From assembly GCA_963815945.1 (NCBI GenBank), contig CAWFIN010000006.1, positions 20,166 to 84,165 of the forward strand: a stretch of 64,000 nucleotides of DNA, written 5' to 3'. Position 1 is the first letter of the stretch, and the number at the start of each line of letters is the position of its first letter. Below the pieces are notes generated by a model, which worked only from the letters and a program-made list of their open reading frames with translations, was not told where the DNA came from and made no database searches. Source of the stretch: an uncultured Actinomycetes bacterium. Its GTDB lineage: Bacteria > Actinomycetota > Thermoleophilia > Gaiellales > Gaiellaceae. This document shows, piece by piece, positions 45,315 to 55,953 of the stretch. The translations under genes and the position numbers were made by a program.

Positions 45315-45398
45315 GAGCGAGCCGTGCGCTTCGCGCGGTTGCGCGGACGCGCTCGGCGGCGGCTAGCATCCTCTCGCGCGCGCTCGGATAGTGGGCAC

Positions 45399-45445
45399 GA
45401 GGCAACGGTCGCCTCACGACCGATTCGAGTCGTGGGGTTTTTTTT
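45399..45445 (+). terminator. Intrinsic terminator with an overlapping alternative hairpin, 25 nt upstream of the glnA start (terminator for the PRC gene and/or glnA leader attenuator)
   Basis: Hairpin A is GAGGC(45399-403)/GCCTC(45411-415). Hairpin B is CCTCACGAC(45412-420)/GTCGTGGGG(45429-437, one G-U), followed by T8 (45438-445). A and B share 45412-45415, so they are mutually exclusive. Confidence 0.6.
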
Positions 45446-45469
45446 CGACCAAACCGCGGGAGGAGCGGA

Positions 45470-46921
<1,452 letters not shown>

Positions 46922-47234
46922 GGGCATGGGGAAACCGTGTTTATGAGCCCTTCCTCTTGGTGTTGGTTGGCGGCTGGGGCGGTGGTTCGCGGCGGTCGGG
47001 TTGCTCTGCGGCGACGCCGGCGAGCCGGCATCGCCGCCTGAGGCCGTACGCGCGCGGTTGTTGGCGGTCTCTGTGGCGGGCGCCGGTTCGGTCGGGTCGC
47101 AAGGCCTGGTCCTTAGCTCGGCTTTCGCCTCGCAAGCCGCCGGGTCGCACGCGGCGACTTCGTCGTCAGATGAGGAAACGGCGGCTCAAGGGCGAAACAA
47201 GTCCTCGATTGGAGGGCTGACGAAGGGAGAGGAA

Positions 47235-47633
47235 ATGGCGTCAAACAAGGCAATGACGGGCTGGATCTCGTTTGCCGGCCTGCTCATGATCCTGATCGGA
47301 TCTCTCGACTTCTTCGAGGGCCTGATCGCGGTGATCCGGAAGCAGTACTACGTCTTCACGCCGAGCCAGATCATCGTCTTCAACGTCTCGACGTGGGGGT
47401 GGGTGATGATGCTGTGGGGCATCCTGCTCGTCTGCGCCGGGTTCGGGCTGCTTGCTGGAAGCAGCTGGGCGCGCTGGTTCGCGATCGTGGTCGTGAGCGT
47501 GAACCTGATCGGCCAGCTCGGGTTCGTCGGCAGCTCCCAGTACCCGCTGTGGGCGCTGACTGTCGTCGGACTGACGATCACGGTCCTCTACGCGCTGACC
47601 GCGCGATGGGGGGACTCCCGCGAGGCGTACTAG
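47235..47633 (+). CDS. HdeD/DUF308-like (DUF7144-type) four-helix membrane protein
   Basis: ATG 47235 follows GAAGGGAGAGG. 132 aa. TGWISFAGLLMILIGSLDFFEGLIAV, WGWVMMLWGILLVCAGFGLLAG, WARWFAIVVVSVNLIGQL. Confidence 0.6.
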   Translation: MASNKAMTGWISFAGLLMILIGSLDFFEGLIAVIRKQYYVFTPSQIIVFNVSTWGWVMMLWGILLVCAGFGLLAGSSWARWFAIVVVSVNLIGQLGFVGSSQYPLWALTVVGLTITVLYALTARWGDSREAY

Positions 47634-47643
47634 CGAGGAAAAG

Positions 47644-47679
47644 ACCGGGCGCCGGCCGAATCGACGGCCGGCGCCCGGT
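47644..47679 (+). terminator. Perfect 15-bp GC-rich inverted repeat just after the membrane-protein gene (U-tract-less terminator or protein-binding palindrome)
   Basis: ACCGGGCGCCGGCCG aatcga CGGCCGGCGCCCGGT. Begins 11 nt after stop 47633. A-rich run upstream (GAGGAAAAG), no T-run downstream. Confidence 0.5.
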
Positions 47680-47718
47680 CGGCGTACGCGCGCCAGCGAA
47701 CAGGTTTAGGCTCCGCCG

Positions 47719-48417
47719 ATGCGCTACCAGTTCGTCGACTGTCGCTGGTCGCTCGACGACCCCGAGTTCGGGCGGGCGCAGTATGTGGCCCAGCACATCC
47801 CCGGCGCCACGTTCCTCGACGTCGAGCGTGACCTCGCCGCGCCGGCGGGCCCGAACGGGCGTCATCCGCTCCCTGCGGAGGCGGACTTCGCCCGGGCGGC
47901 AGGACGGGCTGGAATCGCTTCCGACACGTTCGTCGTCGCCTACGGCTCGCTCGGAGGCGCGGAGCGGCTCTGGTGGCTCCTTCGCCACTTCGGGCACGAC
48001 GCGTGCGCCGTGATCGACCTCGATCGCTGGTACGGCCCGCTACGCGCCGGCGACGAGGAGCCGGAGCCGGCCGAGTTCGTGCCGCGGCCACGTGACAGCG
48101 ACACGATCGAGACGGACGAGCTGGCCGCGCAGTTGAGCGAGCTCGTCGTCGTCGATTCGCGCATGCCGTCCCGCTACCGTGGCGAACCGAACGAGATCGA
48201 CAGGGTTCCCGGCCGCATCCCGGGCGCAGTCAACGCACCCTGGCGCGACCCTCTGCCCGTGCTCCGGCGCGGCGAGCTCGTCGCGTACTGCGGGTCCGGC
48301 ATCACTGCGTGCGTCACCCTGCACCGCCTCCAGCTCACGGGACGCGGCGGCCGGCTCTACCCGGGCTCGTGGTCGGAATGGGAGCAGCGCGCCGACCTCC
48401 CGGTCGAGCGCGGCTGA
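47719..48417 (+). CDS. Rhodanese-domain sulfurtransferase (thiosulfate/3-mercaptopyruvate type)
   Basis: Intact 232 aa, two rhodanese modules. HIPGATFLDVERDL, and an active-site loop context VAYCGSGITACV. Confidence 0.8.
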   Translation: MRYQFVDCRWSLDDPEFGRAQYVAQHIPGATFLDVERDLAAPAGPNGRHPLPAEADFARAAGRAGIASDTFVVAYGSLGGAERLWWLLRHFGHDACAVIDLDRWYGPLRAGDEEPEPAEFVPRPRDSDTIETDELAAQLSELVVVDSRMPSRYRGEPNEIDRVPGRIPGAVNAPWRDPLPVLRRGELVAYCGSGITACVTLHRLQLTGRGGRLYPGSWSEWEQRADLPVERG

Positions 48418-48422
48418 GCGCC

Positions 48423-48974
48423 TCAGGCCGTAGCGACGGTCTTGGCGGCGGCGTACGCGCCGAGGTACCGCTCCCACCGCGACGGGATCTTGGGCGTCGC
48501 AAGCCGGATGAACAGCACCGGGGCAGGCGGGCGCGGGGCGTGCGGCAGCTCCATCTGCACCTCGTGCGGCAGGCGGTTTCCCTTGCGGAGGTTGCAGGGA
48601 GCGCACGACGTGACGACGTTCTCCCAGACCGAATCGCCGCCACGTGAGCGCGGGATCACGTGGTCGAGCGTCAGGCGGCCGCTGCTCGTGCCGCAGTAGA
48701 CGCAGCGCCAGTCGTCACGCGCGAAGAGCGCCCTCCGGGAGATCTTCCGCTTCACGATCCGAGGAACGCGGACGTAGTTCACAAGCCGGATGACGTGCGG
48801 CCACGGGTAGACCGTCGTGGCCGAGCAGAGCGGCCGGTCGAGCTCCTCGATGACCTCGGCCTTCCCCTTGAAGACCAGCACGTGCGCGCGTCGGAGCGAG
48901 CACACGTTGAGCGGCTCGTAGCTGGCATTCAAGACCAGGACTTGCTGCACGCTGCGGAAAATGTACCCGCCCAA
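48423..48974 (-). CDS. HNH endonuclease family protein
   Basis: 183-aa ORF. VLVLNASYEPLNV, CVYCG..LTLDHVIPRSRGG..WENVVTSCAPCNLRKGN (HNH zinc-finger nuclease motif). The true start may be internal. Confidence 0.8.
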   Translation of the reverse strand: MGGYIFRSVQQVLVLNASYEPLNVCSLRRAHVLVFKGKAEVIEELDRPLCSATTVYPWPHVIRLVNYVRVPRIVKRKISRRALFARDDWRCVYCGTSSGRLTLDHVIPRSRGGDSVWENVVTSCAPCNLRKGNRLPHEVQMELPHAPRPPAPVLFIRLATPKIPSRWERYLGAYAAAKTVATA

Positions 48975-49016
48975 CCGGCGGCTCTGCGCAAACGCGAATC
49001 ACGATTCGCCCTCTGG

Positions 49017-49501
49017 CTAACGACCCATCGCGCGCTCGACAGCCTCCTGCTCCTCGGGCGAGAGCGCCACCGAAGCCTTGCCACGATCGAGCTCCTTCAC
49101 GTAGATGCGCGCGTAGTCGCGGCCCTGGATCGCCGTGATCACGACACCGCTGCGCGCGGCGTCGAGCAGGGCCAGCGACGCGGACTGGTGGCCTCCGGTG
49201 TCCTCGTAGGCGTCGTAACGGACGATCGCGTGGTTCGAGACCGCTCCGTCGACCCGACGGTCGACGCGCGCGAGCGAAGCAGCGACCTCGTCGACCGCTT
49301 TGTGCAAGTCGTCGATACGCCCCTGAAGCGAGATCGACGAACTCGACGAGATCCCTGCGCCCGCCCGCAATCAGCACGCGCTGCGCCTCGCGGACGCGAC
49401 GCACCCTCACCGATGCGAACCAGGCGAGCCCGACCCCCGTGAGGCCGATCACACACCCAGCGACGCCGATGAGTCGCTGCGGTGGTCGCAGAGACGTGCA
49501 T
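49017..49501 (-). pseudogene. DUF4446-like membrane-anchored protein; two frame changes
   Basis: ATG 49501 (MHVSATTAAT) | LIGVAGCVIGLTGVGLAWFAS..RDLVEFV | ..HAIVRYDAYEDTGGHQSASLALLDAARSGVVITAIQGRDYARIYVKELDRGK..LSPEEQEAVERA. Shifts near 49470 and 49345. Confidence 0.6.
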
Positions 49502-49508
49502 GCCCGGA

Positions 49509-50651
49509 TCAGCCGGGCAGCGAGAAGATGACCGGGTACTGCGCCGAGTTGTTCGCCTTGTTGGCCTCTCCGGCCACCGGCTTCACGTCGACCTTCACGG
49601 TCGTCTGGGTCGCGAACGGCACCGAGCCGAGGTTGGTGAAGGTGACGACCTTCTGCTCGGCCGGATTGATAAGCAGGATCGTCTGCGTCTGGACGATCGG
49701 GCCGCCGGTCTTCTCGATCGTCAACGTGACCGGGATCCGGACCTCCTGGAAGTCGCCGGAGTCGGCGACGGTCACGGCAAACGCAAGGTCGGTCGTGGCG
49801 GTCACCGTGTTCAGGGACCCGGTGTTGAGAGTCTGGCCGCCCGGAAGCGCCTTGACCGAGACGATGTTCGTGCCGTGCAGGCCGGTCACGGTGCCGCCGG
49901 TCGAGGCGCCTCGGATCCGCTGCAGGACGAGCGCCATCGACCGGGCCGTCACGAGATCGCTGGCGACGAAATGCGACTCGGGGACGGTGACGCCGGTGAC
50001 GCCGTCGTTCGTCATAGCGCGGAGGGCGAGCGCTCTGAACAGATCGTCCCAGACGACGTCGCTCGCAAGCAGCCGGGCAGCCTGTTCGGCGAGCAGCGCC
50101 GCGTCGTTCGAGTTGTCCTTCGAGCCCGCAGTGCGCTTGAGAGTGGCCGCGAGGCCCTCGATGCCGCTCACGCGGAACTGGAGTGCCTCGATCAAGTGCA
50201 AATGCTGGGCGCGGAGCGGCCCGGGAGGATTCAGCTTCTGTGCAGCCTGGACGATCTGTTGCTCCTGTTCGGCGATCCCGCGCAGCTTCGCCTCGATGTC
50301 GGTGAGCTTGAGGCCGGGTGTCGTCAACGCGGTGGCGACCGCCTTTCCGTTCGCGTTCGACTGGGACGCGATCTTGGAGACGTTGCTCATGTATGCGGAG
50401 TACGAGTTGTGCTTCGACGTGCCGGTGCACGACTTGACGAGCAGCGCGAAGACGAGCACCAGGAAGATGACCACGACGACGAGACCGAGCAGCCGCAACA
50501 TGGGCGCCATGCCGTGCGGCGGTCCAGCGGGCCCATTGCCCTTCCGGCGAGGGGTGCGAGCCATCCGGCCGCGTGAGACGGCCTCGCTCTCGCCTGTCAC
50601 CGGTTCGTCGTCGAAGAAATCGAACTCGATGTCGTCGTCTCGAGATTCCAT
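49509..50651 (-). CDS. Membrane-anchored hypothetical protein with acidic N-terminus and C-terminal beta-sandwich-like domain
   Basis: 380 aa from ATG 50651 (MESRDDDIEFDFFDDEP). TM helix MLRLLGLVVVVIFLVLVFALLV. Intact and less GC-biased. Divergent from the kinase gene. Confidence 0.55.
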   Translation of the reverse strand: MESRDDDIEFDFFDDEPVTGESEAVSRGRMARTPRRKGNGPAGPPHGMAPMLRLLGLVVVVIFLVLVFALLVKSCTGTSKHNSYSAYMSNVSKIASQSNANGKAVATALTTPGLKLTDIEAKLRGIAEQEQQIVQAAQKLNPPGPLRAQHLHLIEALQFRVSGIEGLAATLKRTAGSKDNSNDAALLAEQAARLLASDVVWDDLFRALALRAMTNDGVTGVTVPESHFVASDLVTARSMALVLQRIRGASTGGTVTGLHGTNIVSVKALPGGQTLNTGSLNTVTATTDLAFAVTVADSGDFQEVRIPVTLTIEKTGGPIVQTQTILLINPAEQKVVTFTNLGSVPFATQTTVKVDVKPVAGEANKANNSAQYPVIFSLPG

Positions 50652-50716
50652 TGCGCAGTCGAATCTACCGGGTTTCGCAGTAGAGGAAATGCTGCGGGCG
50701 TCCCGTACTGCGGAGG

Positions 50717-52340
50717 GTGACATCCGTCGCTCCCGAGCGCCAGCTGATCCTCGGCCGCTATCGCCCTCTGCGCCCGCTCGGATCCGGAGGGATGGGACAC
50801 GTCTGGCTCGCGTGCGACGAGCAGACGGGCCTCGACGTCGCCCTCAAGATCGTCGCGCGGGAGGGCAAGGCCGCAGCCCGCGCGGAGCGAGAGGCGAAAG
50901 CCGCGGCGGCACTCCGGCATCCGCGCTGCCAGCGAATCTACGCGCTCGCGCGGGATCCCGATCACGTCTACATCTCGTACGAGTACATCCCCGGCAGAAC
51001 GATGCGCCAGGCGATCAGCGCCGGAGAGCTCGACGACCAGGCGTCGATCGAGATCGCTGCCCAGGTGCTCGAAGCGCTCGCACACGCGCACGGGCGCGGA
51101 ATCGTGCATCGCGACGTCAAGCCGTCGAACGTCCTTCTCGCCGATTCGCCCGAGATCGACGTGCGCCTGCTCGACTTCGGTCTCGCCCAGATGGAGGAGT
51201 TCGACACCCTGACGGCGATGGGCGACGTCCCGGGCACACTCGGGTACATCTCGCCCGAGCGCCTGCTCGGCAAGCCGTCCACATTCGCAACCGACACCTG
51301 GGCCGTGGGTGTGATGCTCTGGGAGGCGCTCGCCGGGTCTCATCCGTTCCGCGAGGGCGGAACTCGCGAAACCTCACGGAAGATCCAGAGCGGGGCGCCG
51401 CCGCTCGAATCCGTCCGCCCCGACCTCCCGCCGGCGCTGTGCAAGGCAGTCGCGTCCGCGCTGACCCTGAACCCGGCTCGCCGTCCTCCCGCAGGCGTCC
51501 TCTCGGATGAGCTGCGCAGCGCGACCAAGAAAAGCCGGGGCCGCAAGGCCGAGGTCGCCCCGGCCGAGCCGCGGTCCAGGATCAAGCTCTCCGCTGAGCT
51601 TCCCGCCCGAGCGCTCTCCGCGGGCGCGTCGGCCCTCGCGACCGGGTGGGTCGCCGCGACACTGCCGTTCTACCCCGCGCCGTGGCCGCTCGGCCTCGCC
51701 GGGATCGCTGCCGCAATCACCTTCGCAGCACCACGTGCCGGGCTCGACGTTCGCCCTCGCCTCCATCTACTTCCCGCTCGCGAACATCTCGCTCGGGCTC
51801 GGGGTTCTATACGCGGCACTCGCGGCCGGCTGGCTCGTGCTCGCGTGGAACGACGCGCGAGCAGGCCTCGTGGCGCTGACAGGGCCGCTGCTTGCCCCGT
51901 TCTACGCACTCGGGCTCGTGCCGCTTGCCGCCCAGGTCTCGCGCGGCCGTCTCCGCCACGCCGTACAGGCAGGCGCGGCCGTCCTCCTCGCAGCACTCGT
52001 CGCCGGTCTCGACCATGCGCGGCTTCCTTTCGACGCATCGGTGCCCCCGCTCGGGCTCGGCATCGCCGGCGCCGACAGCCCCGGCGCCGTGGCGTATGCG
52101 CTCTGGCGAGCGCTTCTCGCCCACCCGGTCGTGCTCGCCGAGATGGTCGTGTTCGCCGCCGCAGCGGCGATCCTCCCGAGTTTCCGCCGGCGCGGCCCTT
52201 GGCCGGCCGTGGTCTTCTCGGCTGCGTTCCTCGTGGTGGCGACCGCGCTCGCTCCGGCAGCGCCGGTGTGGCCGCTCGTCGCAACGGCCTGGGTCACCGC
52301 AGGGGTGCTCGTCGTCGAGTCACGAAACCCCGGCCTCTAG
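50717..52340 (+). pseudogene. Hanks-type Ser/Thr protein kinase fused to a polytopic membrane domain; one frame change; start uncertain
   Basis: LGSGGMGHVWLA, VALKIV, HRDVKPSNVLL, DFGLA, GTLGYISPE. After ITFAAP a shift near 51730 continues as TFALASIYFPLANISLGLGVLYAALAAGWLVLAW and about 8 helices ending ESRNPGL-TAG. Confidence 0.8.
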
Positions 52341-52367
52341 ACTAGAAGGCCGGGACACCTCCGGCTC

Positions 52368-53144
52368 ATGACCGTGCTGCGCAGCATCGAATCGAAGCTC
52401 GAGTCCCTCTTCGAGGGGGTCTTCGGCCGCGCGTTCAGGGCCAACGTCCAGCCTGTCGAGCTCGCGCGGAAGCTGACGAAGGAGATGGACGAGCACCGCA
52501 GCGTGTCGGTGTCGCGCGTGTACGTGCCCGACGAGTACACGATCTATCTCTCGCCCGCCGACCGCGAACAGTTCTCGAGCTACGAGGACTCGCTCGGTGA
52601 CGAGCTTCAGGAGTACCTCGCCGAGCATGCCCGGCGAGAGAACTACATGCTGCTCACGCCACCACGGGTCAAGTTCGAAACCGACGCCGACCTCGACCTG
52701 GGCGTCTTCGGGATCGCGACGCGGCTCACGCACACCTCGCGGGTCAAACAGCCCGACGCCCCGGCGGCCCAGGCTGCGCCTGGCGCAACCATGATCTACG
52801 CACCGGTCGCGCCTCCGGCCGACGGCCCGCCCGACGTGCCGGCGGTGCTGCCAATCGCAACCGAGCACGTCGCCCTGACGTTCGGGGGCACGCGACACCC
52901 GGTGTCAGCTCCGAACGTCGTGCTCGGCCGGTCGAAGGAATGCGACATCCATGTTCCCGACCCCAACGTGTCGCGACGCCACGCGGAGCTCCGGCAGGAG
53001 GGATCGGCGTACGTGCTCGTGGATCTCGACTCCACGAACGGAATCGAGATCGGCGGGCGGCGCGTGAAGCGAGTCGACCTCGAAAACGGCACACGCTTCA
53101 CGATCGGCTCGACCGAGATCACGTTCTCCCGGGAGGTTCGTTGA
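52368..53144 (+). CDS. fhaA: FhaA-type protein (DUF3662 N-terminal domain plus C-terminal FHA domain)
   Basis: Intact 258 aa. MTVLRSIESKLESLFEGVFGRAFRANVQPVELARKL; FHA part VVLGRSKECDIHVPDPNVSRRHAEL..LVDLDSTNG. Confidence 0.85.
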   Translation: MTVLRSIESKLESLFEGVFGRAFRANVQPVELARKLTKEMDEHRSVSVSRVYVPDEYTIYLSPADREQFSSYEDSLGDELQEYLAEHARRENYMLLTPPRVKFETDADLDLGVFGIATRLTHTSRVKQPDAPAAQAAPGATMIYAPVAPPADGPPDVPAVLPIATEHVALTFGGTRHPVSAPNVVLGRSKECDIHVPDPNVSRRHAELRQEGSAYVLVDLDSTNGIEIGGRRVKRVDLENGTRFTIGSTEITFSREVR

Positions 53145-53623
53145 TCGGCTCGTCGCAGGTCGAGACGACGCTCCTCGCCCTCAAGCTCGCGTTCCTCGTC
53201 CTGCTCTACGTCTTCATCTGGCGCATCGTCCACTCGGCGTCGCGTGACCTGCGGCTCCCACAGGAGTCGATGGTCCTCCGCCCGCATCAGGTGGCCGGAA
53301 TGCTGCACCGGCCCACCGCGCAGAGCCTGGGCCGGCTCGTGGTCGCGGGCGGGCCCGCGCTCCCCGAAGGAGCGGTCTTCGTTCTCGACACTTCCGCGCT
53401 CTCGATCGGACGGGCGGCCAACAACGACATCGCGATCGGCGACGACGAGTACGCGTCAACCCGTCACGCGCGGTTCGAGCCGCGTCGCGACGGCGTCTTC
53501 GTCGAGGATGTCGGCTCGACGAACGGCACGTATGTCAACGGGTTGCGTCTCACGCGGGAGCAGCGGCTTGCTCCGGGTGACCTGATCCGTATCGGCGAGA
53601 CCGACCTACGCTTCGAAGCGTGA
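53141..53623 (+). CDS. fhaB: FhaB/FipA-type membrane-anchored FHA-domain protein
   Basis: TTG 53141 follows GGGAGG and overlaps the fhaA stop (TTGA). TM helix LLALKLAFLVLLYVFIW. FHA part SIGRAANNDIAIGDDEYASTRHARF..VEDVGSTNGTYVNG. Confidence 0.8.
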   Translation: MIGSSQVETTLLALKLAFLVLLYVFIWRIVHSASRDLRLPQESMVLRPHQVAGMLHRPTAQSLGRLVVAGGPALPEGAVFVLDTSALSIGRAANNDIAIGDDEYASTRHARFEPRRDGVFVEDVGSTNGTYVNGLRLTREQRLAPGDLIRIGETDLRFEA

Positions 53624-54657
53624 GCGTCGTGGCGAGCTTCGGGGAGACGAACCCCGGCAGAAAGCGTCGTCGCAACGAGGACGCGTTCGTCTGCGAGCCA
53701 CCGATCTTCGCCGTCGCCGACGGAATGGGCGGCGCCCAGGCCGGCGAGGTTGCGTCCTCGCTCGCCGCCACGGCGCTGTCCGGCGCCCTGGCCGGTCACG
53801 AGCGCGTGGCTGCCTCCGAGGCCGAGCAGACCGTCGCGGAGCTGATCCACGAGGCAAACCGGCGAGTGCACCAGCGCGCGACGAGCGACGCGACCGCCTC
53901 GGGGATGGGGACGACGATGACCGTCGCCCTCGTCGGCACCGGCGACACGGTGACGATCGGCCATGTGGGCGACTCGCGTGCGTACCTCCTGCGCGACGGG
54001 AGCCTCGAGCAGCTGACCGACGACCACTCGCTGGTCGCCGAGCTCGTGCGGCGCGGCGAGATCTCGCCGGCCGAGGCGGCGGTGCACCCGCAGCGGTCGG
54101 TGATCACGCGGGCGCTCGGCACCGAGCCCGACGTGGAGGTCGACGTCTTTTCGCTCCAGGCCAAGAGGGACGACCTCTTTCTCCTCTGCTCCGACGGGCT
54201 CTCGACGATGGTGGACGCGGAGACGATCGCCGACGTCGTCGAGCGGACGCGGACCGACCTCCAGGCCGCGACGCGGGAGCTGATCCGGGCTGCGAACAAC
54301 GCGGGCGGCGACGACAACATCACGGTCGTGCTCTTCGAGATCGGCGAAGAGCCGGGACTCGCCCTCCTCGAGCCCGAGGAGGCGGACACGCTCCATCCAG
54401 AGGACGGTGTCCCGGTGCTCGTCCTCGCGTCCGAGCCGTCAGCCGAACCGCCTGCCGACTCGCCCGACGAGCCGCCGGCTGACCTCGCGGACGGAGACAC
54501 CGTCGTCCTCACGGCCGACGCCGTGCGTGCAGCCGTCGCGGCCGCAGAGCCAGAACGCGAGCTCGTCCCGCTGTGGCGGCTTCTGTTCGCAACGCTCTTG
54601 ATCGTCGCCCTCGCCGCCGCGGTGGTCGCCCTTGCGGTCTGGGGGCTTGCACGGTGA
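53620..54657 (+). CDS. pstP: PP2C-family Ser/Thr phosphatase with C-terminal membrane anchor
   Basis: GTG 53620 overlaps the fhaB stop (GTGA). NEDAFVCEPPIFAVADGMGGAQAGEVAS, GTTMTVAL, LLCSDGLS, GGDDNITVV. C-terminal helix LLFATLLIVALAAAVVALAVW. Confidence 0.9.
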   Translation: MSVVASFGETNPGRKRRRNEDAFVCEPPIFAVADGMGGAQAGEVASSLAATALSGALAGHERVAASEAEQTVAELIHEANRRVHQRATSDATASGMGTTMTVALVGTGDTVTIGHVGDSRAYLLRDGSLEQLTDDHSLVAELVRRGEISPAEAAVHPQRSVITRALGTEPDVEVDVFSLQAKRDDLFLLCSDGLSTMVDAETIADVVERTRTDLQAATRELIRAANNAGGDDNITVVLFEIGEEPGLALLEPEEADTLHPEDGVPVLVLASEPSAEPPADSPDEPPADLADGDTVVLTADAVRAAVAAAEPERELVPLWRLLFATLLIVALAAAVVALAVWGLAR

Positions 54658-55953
54658 CCGAGCGCAATCGAGAGCTCGCGTACCTCGGGCTCGTCGGCGG
54701 CCTCACGGCGATCGGGTTCGCGAGCGTCTATATCGCGAGGCAGGCAGTCGTTTCGTGGGGCTCGCTCGGCTACGCGATCTTCTTCATGGCGCTGTACCTC
54801 GCGGCGCACCTGATCGCCAGAGCGACGGTGCCGAACGCGGACCCGTACCTCCTCCCGATTGCCGGCCTCCTGACCGCGATCGGGCTCACCGAGATCTACC
54901 GGCTCGGCCCGACCGACGCGTTCAAGCAGGGCCTCTGGATCGTGATCGGCGTCGCGCTCTTCGCCGCGGCGCTGCTGGGCCTCCGTCGCGACTACCGCCA
55001 GCTCGAGTCGTACAAGTACCTCTTCGGCATGGGAGCGATCGCGCTGTTGTTCCTGCCACGGATCCCGGGACTCGGCACGACCGTGAACGGCGCCCGTCTC
55101 TGGGTGCACGCAGGCCCGCTCCAGTTCCAGCCGGGCGAGCTCGCAAAGGTCTTCCTGATCGTCTTCCTGGCGGCGTACCTCCGCGAGAAGCGCGAGGTTC
55201 TCAGACAAGGCCGGCTGAAGGATCTCGGGCCGCTTCTCCTCATCTGGGGCGCGGCGATGCTCGTGCTCGTCGAGACGAACGACCTCGGGTCGGCATTGCT
55301 CTATTTCGGGATCTTCCTGGCGATGCTCTACATCGCGACCGCGCGACTCTGGTACGTCGCGGCCGGGCTCGCGTTGTTCCTCGCCGGCGGCTACGCGGCC
55401 GACCGGAAGATCGCGCACGTGCACGAGCGCGTCACGATCTGGCTCCACCCGTGGACAGTCGGGAAGGTGTTCTGCCCGTCGACCGGGACGACGGCTCTGC
55501 GCCAGGACTGCCAGAGCTACCAGCTCGTCAAGTCCCTCTACTCGATCGGTAGCGGCGGGTTCACGGGCGCCGGTCTCGGCAAAGGCACCTTCACGACCGC
55601 CGACGGGCACCCGTTGATCCCGTACGTGAGCACCGACTTCATCTACTCCGCGCTCGCCCAGGAGCTCGGGCTCGTCGGCGCGTCGGCGCTGCTGCTCGTG
55701 ATCATGCTCTTCGTCGCCCGCGGGATGAAGGTCGCGCTCCAGGCCGAGGACGGGTTCTCGAAGCTGCTCGCCGCAGGCCTCACCTTCGGGTTCGCATTCC
55801 AGACGTTCATCATCGTCGGCGGCGTCGTGCGGGAGGTCCCGCTGACCGGAATCACGCTGCCGTTCGTCTCGTACGGAGGCTCGTCGATCGTCGCGAACTT
55901 CCTGCTTACTCGCGGGCCTCCTGCTCGTCTCCCACCGGGCGAACGCAACATGA
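54654..55953 (+). pseudogene. rodA: FtsW/RodA/SpoVE (SEDS) family peptidoglycan polymerase; one frame change about 45 nt before the stop
   Basis: GTG 54654 overlaps the pstP stop (GTGA). LQFQPGELAKVFLIVFLAAYL, DLGSALLYFGIFLAMLY, TDFIYSALAQELG, GITLPFVSYGGSS. After IVANFLL a shift near 55905 gives LAGLLLVSHRANAT-TGA, overlapping the pbpA ATG. Confidence 0.9.

Noticed and set aside
46941-47150. 69-aa minus-strand ORF, and the in-frame upstream extension (from 47001) of the membrane-protein gene.
   Set aside because: Both have biased Arg/Pro/Gly or Ala/Ser composition and no ribosome-binding site. ATG 47235 has a strong GAAGGGAGAGG site and begins the hydrophobic protein proper.
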